DNA of 64,000 bases from Macrostomum lignano (taxonomy: Eukaryota), in the NCBI GenBank assembly GCA_002269645.1, contig NIVC01003219.1, positions 1-64,000 on the forward strand. The letters are read 5' to 3'. The first letter of the stretch is position 1, and each line of letters opens with the position of its first letter. The position numbers and the translations under genes were made by a program. The notes beneath the pieces are model-generated. The model saw only the letters and a list, made by a program, of their open reading frames with translations. It did not search any database and was not told the origin of the DNA. Below are positions 36,704 through 47,316 of this stretch, piece by piece.

Positions 36704-38960
36704 GCTTTGGTCTGCATTATGTTGAAAATGTCTTTCTCTTAGCCTTCAAAGTATGCTCATTAGGCATCGAACCGTGTAAATGCATTGAAGCATATCAGAT
36801 TGCAGAAGCAAGCACAGAGTACACTGTTCTTCCCTGGCCTTGACAACCAGAGGAGAGAGAGAGTTATGCATTCATGGGAGCTGATAGCAATGCTGGCAGA
36901 GGCGTGTAGCCTCCCCTCAGCCAGGGCTATTCCAGTGCAGCCTTTATTTACGCAGCTGTCTACGCATATAAAGAAGTCTTGGCATGCTTGTAAAGTAATG
37001 TCAACTCTCCTCAACTGTTTTATTGCACGTCAGCAGATCGCTGTAATGTGTGTCTTGTATTATTCTGCAAGCTATATAGCCTTACGTGTTCGTATATAGA
37101 ATTATTTTACTGCATATATACTTTTTGGTTTAAAAGCATTACACTGAGTTGGTCATGTCCCGTCTACAGAGGCTAATGTGTCTCGATTTTTTTAGCGGTT
37201 TGGATAAATAATTTAAAGATTTCCACGCGGTCCTTTTATACAATACTCATCTGAGACTGTGCAACATTTGTGATGGGAATCCAGAAAAAAATCCAACATT
37301 TCACCTCCTTTTACGCTTGAATAAATATTCCGCCTGTAATAAATATCCCCCACTGTTGCAAAACATCGGGGGGGGGGAGAGATCTGTCCCACTCTGCAGA
37401 TTTCGTCTCTTATGATGGGTCCGTGTGTTGAATTCTTGATGGGAGTTGAGAATTTTGCCATCTCCTAATCCTATCGGCCGTCTGTGACCGATAGGGATGG
37501 CGATTAGCATGCGTGTCTGCAGGCCGCCAAAGCGCGGGTTTCGGAACGCAACAGCTGGTTTTGGAATAAAAAAATGCTCAGCTTCACAACAAAATGCAGC
37601 TATGGAAGAGAAGCAAATGGGTATAGATTCTCAGTGAGACTAATCCCCCAGCTTCATCTGCAAAGAGCAGCTGGAGAAGAGCAAAATGAGCCGGTCCTGT
37701 CCATGCAAAAAATGAAAACCTCTTACAGTTCAAATCCACATGTTTTCTTTGACAGCTCTCTGTCATCAAGTAGAAAGCCAGAGAAACGTGCAGTGCAACA
37801 CGCGACTCGGCTCAAGAAAAAGTCATTTCAAATCAACTGGAAATTTAATCAGCAAGACGAGCAACGATCTAGTGCGTCATCCAGTGAGAGCGCCCTACTA
37901 ATAATAATATTTATTCCTGGCTCAGAGCTATAGTTCAGCCACATCAAAGCTAGGATGTCAACAACACATACTTGTCAAATAAAGCTGCAGTCTGTCGCTC
38001 TGATAGGAGGTATATTATTATACTAATCCAAAAACATGTTTATGAATGCACTAATCTCTCAAGTGACGCGAAAATGAGATTCTTCAGTTAATTAGCTTTA
38101 GCGCTAAAAGTACACTTGTACTGGTTCGCATGCACTCATGTAGTGCAGACAAACAATTAGCTAAGTAAGTCTGCGAATAGTGTGCCTATACCCAACTTTT
38201 TTAGCTAGTTCTTTACCTGGGTAAGAAGACTCTTGGGCGAGTCTAAAACTAGTTTTTGGCAAGCTGCGCGAACACCATGCATTATATACATATTCCGCCA
38301 TCTTTATGTATGACTGACGTCGGCTATCGCTAAACATCGGCATAAAATTACACTGTTATATATCACACCACTGCTGTTGCAGACGTTGTTGCAGGCGCAT
38401 TGTTGCAGGTGTCACCGCTGTTGAAGGACATTAGTAAACCATATCTGTGAATTGACATCTCTCTGACATTAGACAACGCTGTACATATACATACATGATG
38501 TACACAGGATCTGTACGAGCTACTTGATCTGGCTTGTATTAAGCCACTTGCGCCGGAAAGATCCAGAGCAGCTGCAGTCGAAGTCGACGAAACGGGAAGT
38601 GCGCAGCTGTCCGTCGTTACGTAAAGTAGTCTAGCTACCGCGTTACATGTTACATGCGATATAACCGATGCCGAAAAGTATCGACATTGAAACAGTTACT
38701 GGGTAAAGCAATGTTTAAATAGTCTTCAGGTTTTGACGTTAGACACGTACGAGTTTGAGGCTTTTAAAGATTTGCAAGCTTTCTAACGACTTGAGAAGCA
38801 ATATTTATATTTAGGAATAGGAACTAGAAGCAATAATTTAAACGAGTTTACTGTATTATTTTTTAAACTTGATAAACTTTAAACTTTTATACTTTTTAAT
38901 AATAAGTGACTTACAACACAAATAGTCTTGTAAAATTGAACAAGAAGATCAATAAACGAA

Positions 38961-40141
38961 TAGGGCTCCTGAGTTTTGAATCCCGGGATACTCGGGATCG
39001 GGATATCCCAGACTTCGAAAATACCGAGATTCTCGGGATCGGGATTTCCCGCGGACTTTGCCAATCCCGGGATCCCGGAATTAAAAAAATCTAATCTTGG
39101 TTGGTGCAATTTTGGTTTACGAAGCCATCTAAACTGATCATTTTAAAGGGCTCTCAATGATAAAATAGAACAGCTAACAAAATATTTTGCTATACAGCAG
39201 GAAACTGACACACTGAGCTCTGAATTGGAGTGTGATGTACGGGCTGGCGTATTAGACGTGCTTTTTATATGCCAGTATCAGCTCAAGAAAATCAGACTTG
39301 ATTGTGATGTAACCTGGGGAATGATAGCTTATATTACAGAGCTTAATGGCCCGAGTTTACTGATCGATACCAGGGTGTAGAAGGGGATCAGACCTCACCC
39401 TCCCAGGGGGCACCCGCCCTAGATGGAGAACTGTAGCTTGGGTTTTGGTCCGGTAGCAAGGTCCCACTGTTCTAATCCCTACTACGGCCTTAAGGATCGA
39501 GTTTAGGTAGGAACTGCTTAAAGTACATGTAGTTCTGCCACCCCTATGCTGGGAATAAAGGGTGTCCTAGCTGACAGTGCTAAGAATGAGGCCTTTCGCA
39601 TAGGTGGGGGGGGGGACTTCTAATCTGCGCAAGTCAAGACTTGAGATCCCCTGATTCTAGCTGGGTTTGAGATAGAGCTGGGAGAGTTCAAGACTGCAAA
39701 TGATTTGACTCCCGTCTGGCAAGCTATAGCACTGTGATCGGAAATAATGAGGAATTGGCCTCTTTTGCTTTAGACTCTGTGCACAGGTTTTAGAATAATA
39801 ATTAAATTTGTCTGCGAGTACCATATGCAACAGTTACACGTACTACATTAATTATTACACCTGAAATCTCCTACACGATCTGCCCTGCAGCACTAGACTT
39901 CTGACTAGCCTGCATGTTTAAAAGATTATTAAATCAAAAGCAGGCCAACTGGGTTATGACTTTCACCTGATAAACTCAGCTGCAGATACTACTACTCGGC
40001 AATGAATGATTGAATTATTGCAAACCGGGATCGGGATCCCGATGGTCAATCCCGGGATTTTCGAATCTCGGACAAGTGTGATCCTGGGATTTAGAATCCC
40101 AGGATTCGGGCATAATCGAAATCCCGGGATTGTATTCCCTA
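38961..40141. mobile_element. Possible non-autonomous hAT-like element with TAGGG...CCCTA ends and clustered ATCCCGGGAT subterminal repeats
   Basis: Clusters of (A)ATCCCGGGAT/CGGGAT at 38961-39090 and 40021-40141. The TIR match is short and the target duplication is imperfect (ATAAACGAA vs ATACCCGAA). Confidence 0.4.
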
Positions 40142-40454
40142 ATACCCGAATCTACACAAACAGCTGGCCAGTCGCTTTCGTCATTTCGGTTTTAAATGTT
40201 TTACGATCTATTACGACAATGAAGTGATAATTTAAAAAGCGACAACACTTAGCGTGTGAACTCAGACATGCAGCGCGCGCTGCTACAACTTGTGCGAGTG
40301 AGCGAGTCACTTAAATTTCCAATTACTACGAAACGTGTGTACGCGTGAAAGGAAGGGTGGAAAAATTATGAATAATTTTATTTGGCGTATGTATTTACAA
40401 TGTGAAGTTTTGGGAAAGAGTGTAGAGAAAATTCGCAGTGATTTTTAAGCGCTA

Positions 40455-40835
40455 ATTTCATGATTCACGATTCATTCATCAAGGTCTATCTAATACTCTA
40501 ATAGTACTAATACTAGCACTAGGGCCTACTATCACTAGGCCTAAGCTTTAACCCTTGGGCCTTATTACCTGCTTTACTTACTTTTATGTATATATACATA
40601 ATTATACATATATTACCTGCTTTACTTACTTTTATGTATATATACATAAAATATAAGTAAATAAAAGTAAGTTAATTATGTATTTATTAATTATGTATAT
40701 ATACATAAAAGTAAGTAAAGCAGGTAATAAGGCCCAAGGTTTAAAGCTTAGGCCTAGTGATAGTAGGCCCTAGTGCTAGTATTAGTACTATTAGAGTATT
40801 AGATAGACCTTGATGAATGAATCGTGAATCATGAA

Positions 40836-40837
<2 letters not shown>
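40455..40837. repeat. Near-perfect inverted repeat: 150-bp arms (40455-40604, 40688-40837), 83-bp spacer, followed by (TA)n
   Basis: The arms are reverse complements with one mismatch. The spacer holds a direct copy of the inner ~39 bp of the left arm. Confidence 0.93.
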
Positions 40838-40866
<29 letters not shown>

Positions 40867-42421
40867 TGTATATATACCTTAGACATAGCTGTTAGACATA
40901 AGTCATAGGACATAGGGGCTTATTTAATCTAACTTGCCAATGAAATTTATAACTAGGGGCCTATATAATTTTGAGTTTAGGCCCCCTATTAGTTAATTAA
41001 TAGGTAGGAGGCCTAATATCTGATCTTATATCTGGCCTATATCTGGCCGATATTAGATCTAGACTAGAGCTTAAAGTTTAGGCCTTAGGCCTAGTTTTAA
41101 ATATATCTACTCTACATTGACTAGCAGACTAGCTAGGGCCTAGGCCTAAGCTAAGATTGGTTGAATATGCCCTTAAATCTAGATCTAGGCCTAGCCTAGC
41201 CAAATAATTGGGTGGCCTGCCATGTGCCACCCCAATATTTGATAGATGGAATGAATAGGCATAGGCCTATTTGGTATTTATAAGCCTATCTAGGCCTAGT
41301 ATTTAGAAAGAAGGTCATTTTTTTCTATTCGGCTCATTCTTAGATTTGTTTTCATTTTTTAAACAAATATAAGAATAAAACAAGATGGCAATTATCAAGT
41401 TCCATTTATTAAATTATTTTGATTCTAGAAAAGTACTATACAAACTATTTTAAGTAGGTCCCTATAAATAGCTATTTTCAAGAGACCTAGGCCTAAGCTT
41501 AATCAGATCAATAGACCCTAATTTTATGCTTTAAAACTTGTTATAATATATGACACCAAAAAGCTACAATGGTCTATGGCCAAAACATTAATAAGTGAAT
41601 GAGTCTTAATAGAAAACAATAAAAATATTGTGCTAGCCTGTACTTCCTATAAGTTTTTAGTATTTCTATGTGCCTAATAAACATCTACAATGATAGTGCT
41701 GTTATATTATCACAATTTATACAAGTAAATTAGCTGATTAATGTTGAATTCGCATGCAAACTAGAAATTAAACTAGCCATTTTGTTTTACTATGCAAAAT
41801 AATAACAATAAATATTTTTTGTTATAAACATAGCCATTTAGACGGTATATATATATAAGCCAATTTTTGCCCAAATAAACCCAACTTTCTAAACTTGCTA
41901 ACTTACTGCTTGCTCTTAGCTCGTTCGTTCTATATTCTCAGATAAACTTTGAAACTTTATTGAGTTAGTCATTTTAAGGAAAGAGGGAGTTACCATGCTC
42001 AGAAAATTGCTAAGAGAAGGGTTTGTAAGATATACAAAGGAAACTCAAAGAGTTGTGTTATGACCTTCTAATCCCAATGAATGCCCGAGTAGGACAATCT
42101 AATAAGTTCAAGTAGGCCCTATTAGTACTAGACCACTCAGGCCATACATAAGATGCTACCAGACTAATACATAAAATGCTACCAGACTAGTATATAAGAG
42201 GCTACCAGACTAATACATAAGACGCTACCAGTATATTCAAATGAAATTTTAAGAAACAGTTAAAGAGTGAAAATAGAAGTGCAATTAAGATAACTTTAGT
42301 AGATAGGAACAACACCTGTACAACTTTGGTGGCAGCTCGTAGGATATTTAATAAACACTAGCATCAATAGTTAGAGTTTAGAAAGACAAAGCCAAAAGCC
42401 CTGTCACAATATTATTGTTTA

Positions 42422-43230
42422 GGAAGTGCGTATCCCCACGGTCCCGTGCCAATAATTCCAATTTTATCCACATAGATCCATGTCAATAATTTTCAGCTTC
42501 TCGCTATGGCTAAAAACTAGATTGTGTAGTTGTTTATGTTTAGTTTTGTGTACTGACGTTAAATCAATGTTGTCATTATTATTTGTAATATTATCATTAA
42601 GATTATTATATTTTGAATTTTGAATTTTGCAAGTCTCACATTCGCCTTGATCTTTGGGTTGTTTGGTTATTCTAAGCAGAAGCCAACAGCTAAGCAAATA
42701 TTTAAAATTAACCCTTTTAATGACAAAAAGTTTTAACAAAGTTTAACAAATACTCAGTATTATTCAGTATTCAGTACATGTAGTTTATTTGGAAGATTTG
42801 TAAAACAAGAAGGTTTTTGAATAGATTCATTTTAAGGTTCTTTATTCCAATAAGCTGCTATGAGGATAAGCTGGAAATTCTCAACATGGATCCCTGTGGA
42901 TAAAATTGGAATTATTGACACGGCCTATAGACTTAAATGGTGGCAGCTATTTCAATAAGCTGCTATGGGGATAAGCTGGAAATTATTGACACAGATCTAT
43001 ATGGATAAAATTGGAATTATTGGCATAGGACCGTGGGGATCATGCTTGGGTGCAACCTTGGGATTCACCCGGCCGTTTCTATTGGCAACACATGCATGTA
43101 AGTCGCTTTTGGCTGAGAGCAGTCACGTGACTACTGTTCTGTCCAATAGCGACTTACATGCGTGTGTTGCCAATAGAAATGGCCAAGTGAATCCCAAAGT
43201 TGCGCATGTATGGTGGGGATAAGCACTTCC
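42422..43230. mobile_element. Mutator-like (MULE) non-autonomous element, ~78-bp TIRs starting GGAAGTGC, 9-bp TSD TATTGTTTA
   Basis: TSD at 42413-42421 and 43231-43239. The TIRs align once the nested MITE is removed, and the right TIR is partly duplicated (42860-43040). A 9-bp TSD with long G-starting TIRs is typical of MULEs. Confidence 0.82.
43041..43212. mobile_element. Hairpin MITE (172 bp) nested in the MULE right TIR, 8-bp TSD GTGGGGAT
   Basis: TSD at 43033-43040 and 43213-43220. The right end is GTTGCGCATGTATG, the left end is degenerate, and the interior is palindromic around GTCACGTGAC. Confidence 0.85.
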
Positions 43231-43801
43231 TATTGTTTATGGTCAAATTGCCATATTAGAAAAACTATATTAGAATAACACATTTTAATATAGCTTTTTG
43301 CAGTCCATTTGGGCTTACACACCTTGAATTTAATCTAAGATAAGTTTGCCAATGTAATCAAGTTTTTGTCTATAGTAGCAAGGCTAAATATAGCTACATT
43401 TAATTTGGTCTAAAAAGCATCAATTTGGTCCATAGCTGCAATTACAACTGCTGCAAAGGACTAGAAGAGCAAGATTAGCCTTAGAATTGTAGACCCTTTG
43501 CTAGGCTTCTAGAAGAGTGCCATTGGCTTGTGATCAAAGCATGTGAATACCTGAAAGATAAGGAAACCACTGCCAGCATAGATTGCCTGCAAAAGGATAA
43601 CAATTACCAAGGCAAGTTGCTAGAGGCTTAGGTCCAACTGCTACTAGATGTAATTGAGACAAACTCTTTGTTGACATTGCAGAAAATGCAATACTTAGTT
43701 GAAGGAATGGTTCCATTTGGTTATCAGATTTTGTCTATTAGGAGAGCTCTAAAAAGCAACTAAAATTGTTAGTAGAGATGCTACTATTCCAGTAGTATGC
43801 A

Positions 43802-44099
43802 CATACATGCGCAACCTCTGAAATTCGGTCGGCCATGCGACTTAGTTTTAACAAAAATGCGACGTAGTTTTTGGCCAAAAATGCGACTTACATGTAAAAA
43901 AACCCAAAAGCAAAATTAACGCAACTTTGGGTAAACGGCAGGAGTAACTATGACTGTCTTATTAAGCCAAAATGCCTCGTCAGCTACTTAGTACTACTAC
44001 TTGATTATTTTTTCGGGTGGGCATTTTTGCGACTTTCTTGGTTGGCCGCCAAATCGGTCGGCCGGATCGGCCGACTCGGCCGACTGTTGCGCATGTATG
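43802..44099. mobile_element. MITE (298 bp), 14-bp TIR CATACATGCGCAAC, 8-bp TSD AGTATGCA (hAT- or P-superfamily-like)
   Basis: Perfect TIRs; TSD at 43794-43801 and 44100-44107. Shares its TIR and the internal GCGACTTACATG with the 43041-43212 element. Confidence 0.9.
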
Positions 44100-44921
44100 A
44101 GTATGCAATAGTCTACATATAGTTGCAAGAAGGCAAGAATTTGCCAAATGGCTTATGAGAGCTTATACGAAATTGATACTTGATAGACCAATCTAATTGC
44201 CACTGTGCCAGCCTTGCTACCATAGACAAAAACTTCATTACATTCACAAATGTATCCCAGATTAAATTCAATGTGCGTTAGCCCAAATAGGCTGCAAAAA
44301 GCTATATCTAATGTAATATTAACATAACTGACCTAGCTAGTAACATAGCTAGCTAGAATAACTTGAAACCTAAAAAGTCTAGAAGTAAGTTTAAATGTGC
44401 TAATACCAATATTTGAAAAAAATAGACCAGGTTGGCTAGAAAGACTAAATTTTCTATAATTATGCCAAAAAAATCTTATTATATTTAATAGACTAAGCTA
44501 TTTAAAGAATTTTATTTAGGCTGCAGAAGAAAAATGAGTAGATTGGAGTGGGAACACTGGTTGAAACTAATTTATTAACATAATCTTATAGAAGTCCAAT
44601 TTCCTTTTTATTTGTTACTTTCAACATTTCATTTTAAATATAATTGCAATGCATAATATACCTTTTTAAATCTTCAAAAATGTTATAATACTTTGCCAAA
44701 ATATTACTTTTGTGATTTATTAAAACATTACTTTACCAAAATGTTATGTAGATATAGCCATTATATATAAGATAAGCTATTAAAACTTTGATTTTGAGGT
44801 TGCTAAATTTAAATCCCTGGAACTATTTTTGCATGCATTTTTTTTAAATCAAAAAGTCATTCCTATATTATTCTTAGACACTAGACACAAAATGGCTCTT
44901 TTTGCTAGCCATTCAATGTTA

Positions 44922-45058
44922 CTTACTTACTTACTTAGCTGCAGGGCTGTCCTGGAGGGGACACAGCGGGAAGCCGCGGGTGCCCATTTCGCTAATCCCT
45001 GAATGGCCGATGCGTCGCTATGGACAGAGGGTTGGCGCCGCCCAGGGAGGTCCCCAGT
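44922..45058 (-). mobile_element. Short (137 bp) 5'-truncated non-LTR retroposon insertion with (TAAG)n tail and 14-bp TSD
   Basis: GCCATTCAATGTTA at 44908-44921 and 45059-45072 flanks a GC-rich insert ending in CTAAGTAAGTAAGTAAG on the minus strand. Family not assigned. Confidence 0.8.
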
Positions 45059-47316
45059 GCCATTCAATGTTAGAAAATCTGTGCAAAATGTAACAAGTGG
45101 TAAAAATCCATCCTTAGAGCTAACCTTTAGTTAGCCATCACCAATTTGCAAAAGAGTGGTAAAAAATTGATAAGTTATTTTATCCCTATAATGCAGCCCT
45201 CATGTTGGTTCTCAATTGCAATCACAAATCTAAAATCATACTCAAACAAAAACTTGTTATTACTTAAAGATAAATAAAATTGAACTAAAATTGGAATTAA
45301 TTTTTATTAGTTCAAGATTTAAACCAAACATTGGTTGGATTTTAGGGTGTCATACAGAATGATACGCAACATCTATCTAAAGTATGCAATAGCAAAGTAT
45401 GGTCTCTAGCCTTTGCATCTTTCTAATATCTCTTGGGTCTTTAAAAACGTCTTTTTTCTCTTTACTCTTTCTTTTCTTTTCTTATCTTATTTCTCTCCTT
45501 TCTTTTCTCTTTTTTCCTACTTCATTTTATATTTGCTTTCTTTTCTAGCTAGCATTTATAAATTTGAAAAGAATAGCAATATAAAAATTGTTCAATTTGT
45601 TAACAATTAATAGGCCTATTATTTTGTGATTCAAAAATTTATTTTATCTCCTAAAAATTATATTATAGGCCTTTCTTTCTTCCTTAAACAAGGGTTTTGT
45701 TATTTTTTGCCATATGTCTGTAATGCTTATGCTTTCCTACTCTTTGATGACTACTATTGCTACCTACTAACTCTGTTTGTCCTTAATAACTAGCACAGCA
45801 GGTAGCTGGCCTGAGTAGTCTAGCACTATGGTCCAAGAACCCTCACTTAGTCTCTATTAAGTTATAATCAGATATTAGACCAAGTTCTGGTAGTTGGGTT
45901 GCTGCCACCTTGTAGGTCTTTAGGTAATATCCTCAACAAATTATTCCTTAGGTTAACCTACTGTAAGTAGAAAATAAATAAGACAAGTTAGTTAAATGTT
46001 TAATAATGTAAATAACAATCATAGGCTGATCCTAAATTATCGTTTAATTGCTCAACTAGTGTCAGAGTAACAAGCCCTAAGCCTTATTAGGTGTCAATTT
46101 GATGTTGCCCCACAGTGTAGGTTATAGGCCATGAAACCAGGTCTTGACAATGTTGAAGGTCTGGCATGCTATCGACACAATAGCTTGTGGCAGTCTTTAA
46201 TAAGCAATGGTAGCTGCAATGAATATTTACTTGCAAGTTATCCCTAGGAAAAATGTCTAGCAAATCTGCCTAAGCTAGGGCCTAGTTTGTCTAGGAAAAG
46301 CATCTAGGAATACTAGCTCTTGCTCAAAGCCAAGTAGGCAGTCTCCTTGGATCGGATGATGGTCTCTTTGGGCCCTCACCTACTCTGTATTTATACTAAA
46401 ATCTGGGAGGGGGGGGGCTCAGGGCCAATAGGAGGCTCAGAGGCAGTTCTGTGGACTATCTGGAGCCAGGAATGATCTCAGAGATGTCCATAAAACATCT
46501 GCCTTACCATCAGGCCTCTGCATGGCCTACTGGTACACTGCTTGCATGTTGCAGCATGCAAGAAGTGCAACCAAGACCCCATGAAAGCCTATCCCCTGGG
46601 CAGAAAGCTATGCTCTTCTTCCCCTTGACTAATAAGGACCATACTAAGGGAGAAATATCCCATTGACTAATATTCTATTTTTAGCCCATTGCAGCCTAAG
46701 CCAGCAGGAGAGGGGGAGAGAGTCTCTCTCCCTGTTCCGTGACTAGTTCATTAGTTTATTTAATTTCATTAGTTCATTAGTTCCTAAAATCTTAGTTCAT
46801 TTTAGGCTCTAATAGTTTAATTGAAATTCTTTAGTCAGATAAGCTAGGTTGGCTAGGCCTAGGAGTTGTTTATATAAATGATAGCCTATATAATTACTTT
46901 TGGCCTAATGATAGTTAAAAAATTATAAAATATATAGGCTTAGACCATGTGTTTTAGACTAAGGCTAATTATATAAGTATTTATGCAATAGCAGATTGTT
47001 ACTTTCGCAAATGATGGAATGATTTTTTAATAAATAGTTTTTTGATAGAAAAAAAGTAAAGCTGCTCAATGGACTATTGAGTCTTGACTAATATACCTAT
47101 ATTCTATAACAGTAAACACTTATTTAGTGGCTTTGCTAAATTCCTACTTTTCAGTATATGGTATTTGCCATAATAATTAAATAAGAAAACAGCTTGCCTT
47201 GTGCATGCCTTTTTCAGCCAATAAAACAAATGCACTTTTGGACTGGCTAGAAGTTCCCAGTGCTTCAAAGCTAAGCCCTGTAATACCCACAAAGAGAATT
47301 ATTTTAACCTTCGAGC

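Noticed and set aside
37440-37505. Small hairpin (GCCATC..CCTATCGG / CCGATAGG.GATGGC) as a Helitron end or junction of hAT ends
   Set aside because: No matching opposite terminus, CTRR end or TSD could be found.
37574-38343. ORFs 37574..37933 (+) and 38161..38343 (-)
   Set aside because: No recognisable domain or splice support; probably the 5' non-coding region of the RING gene.
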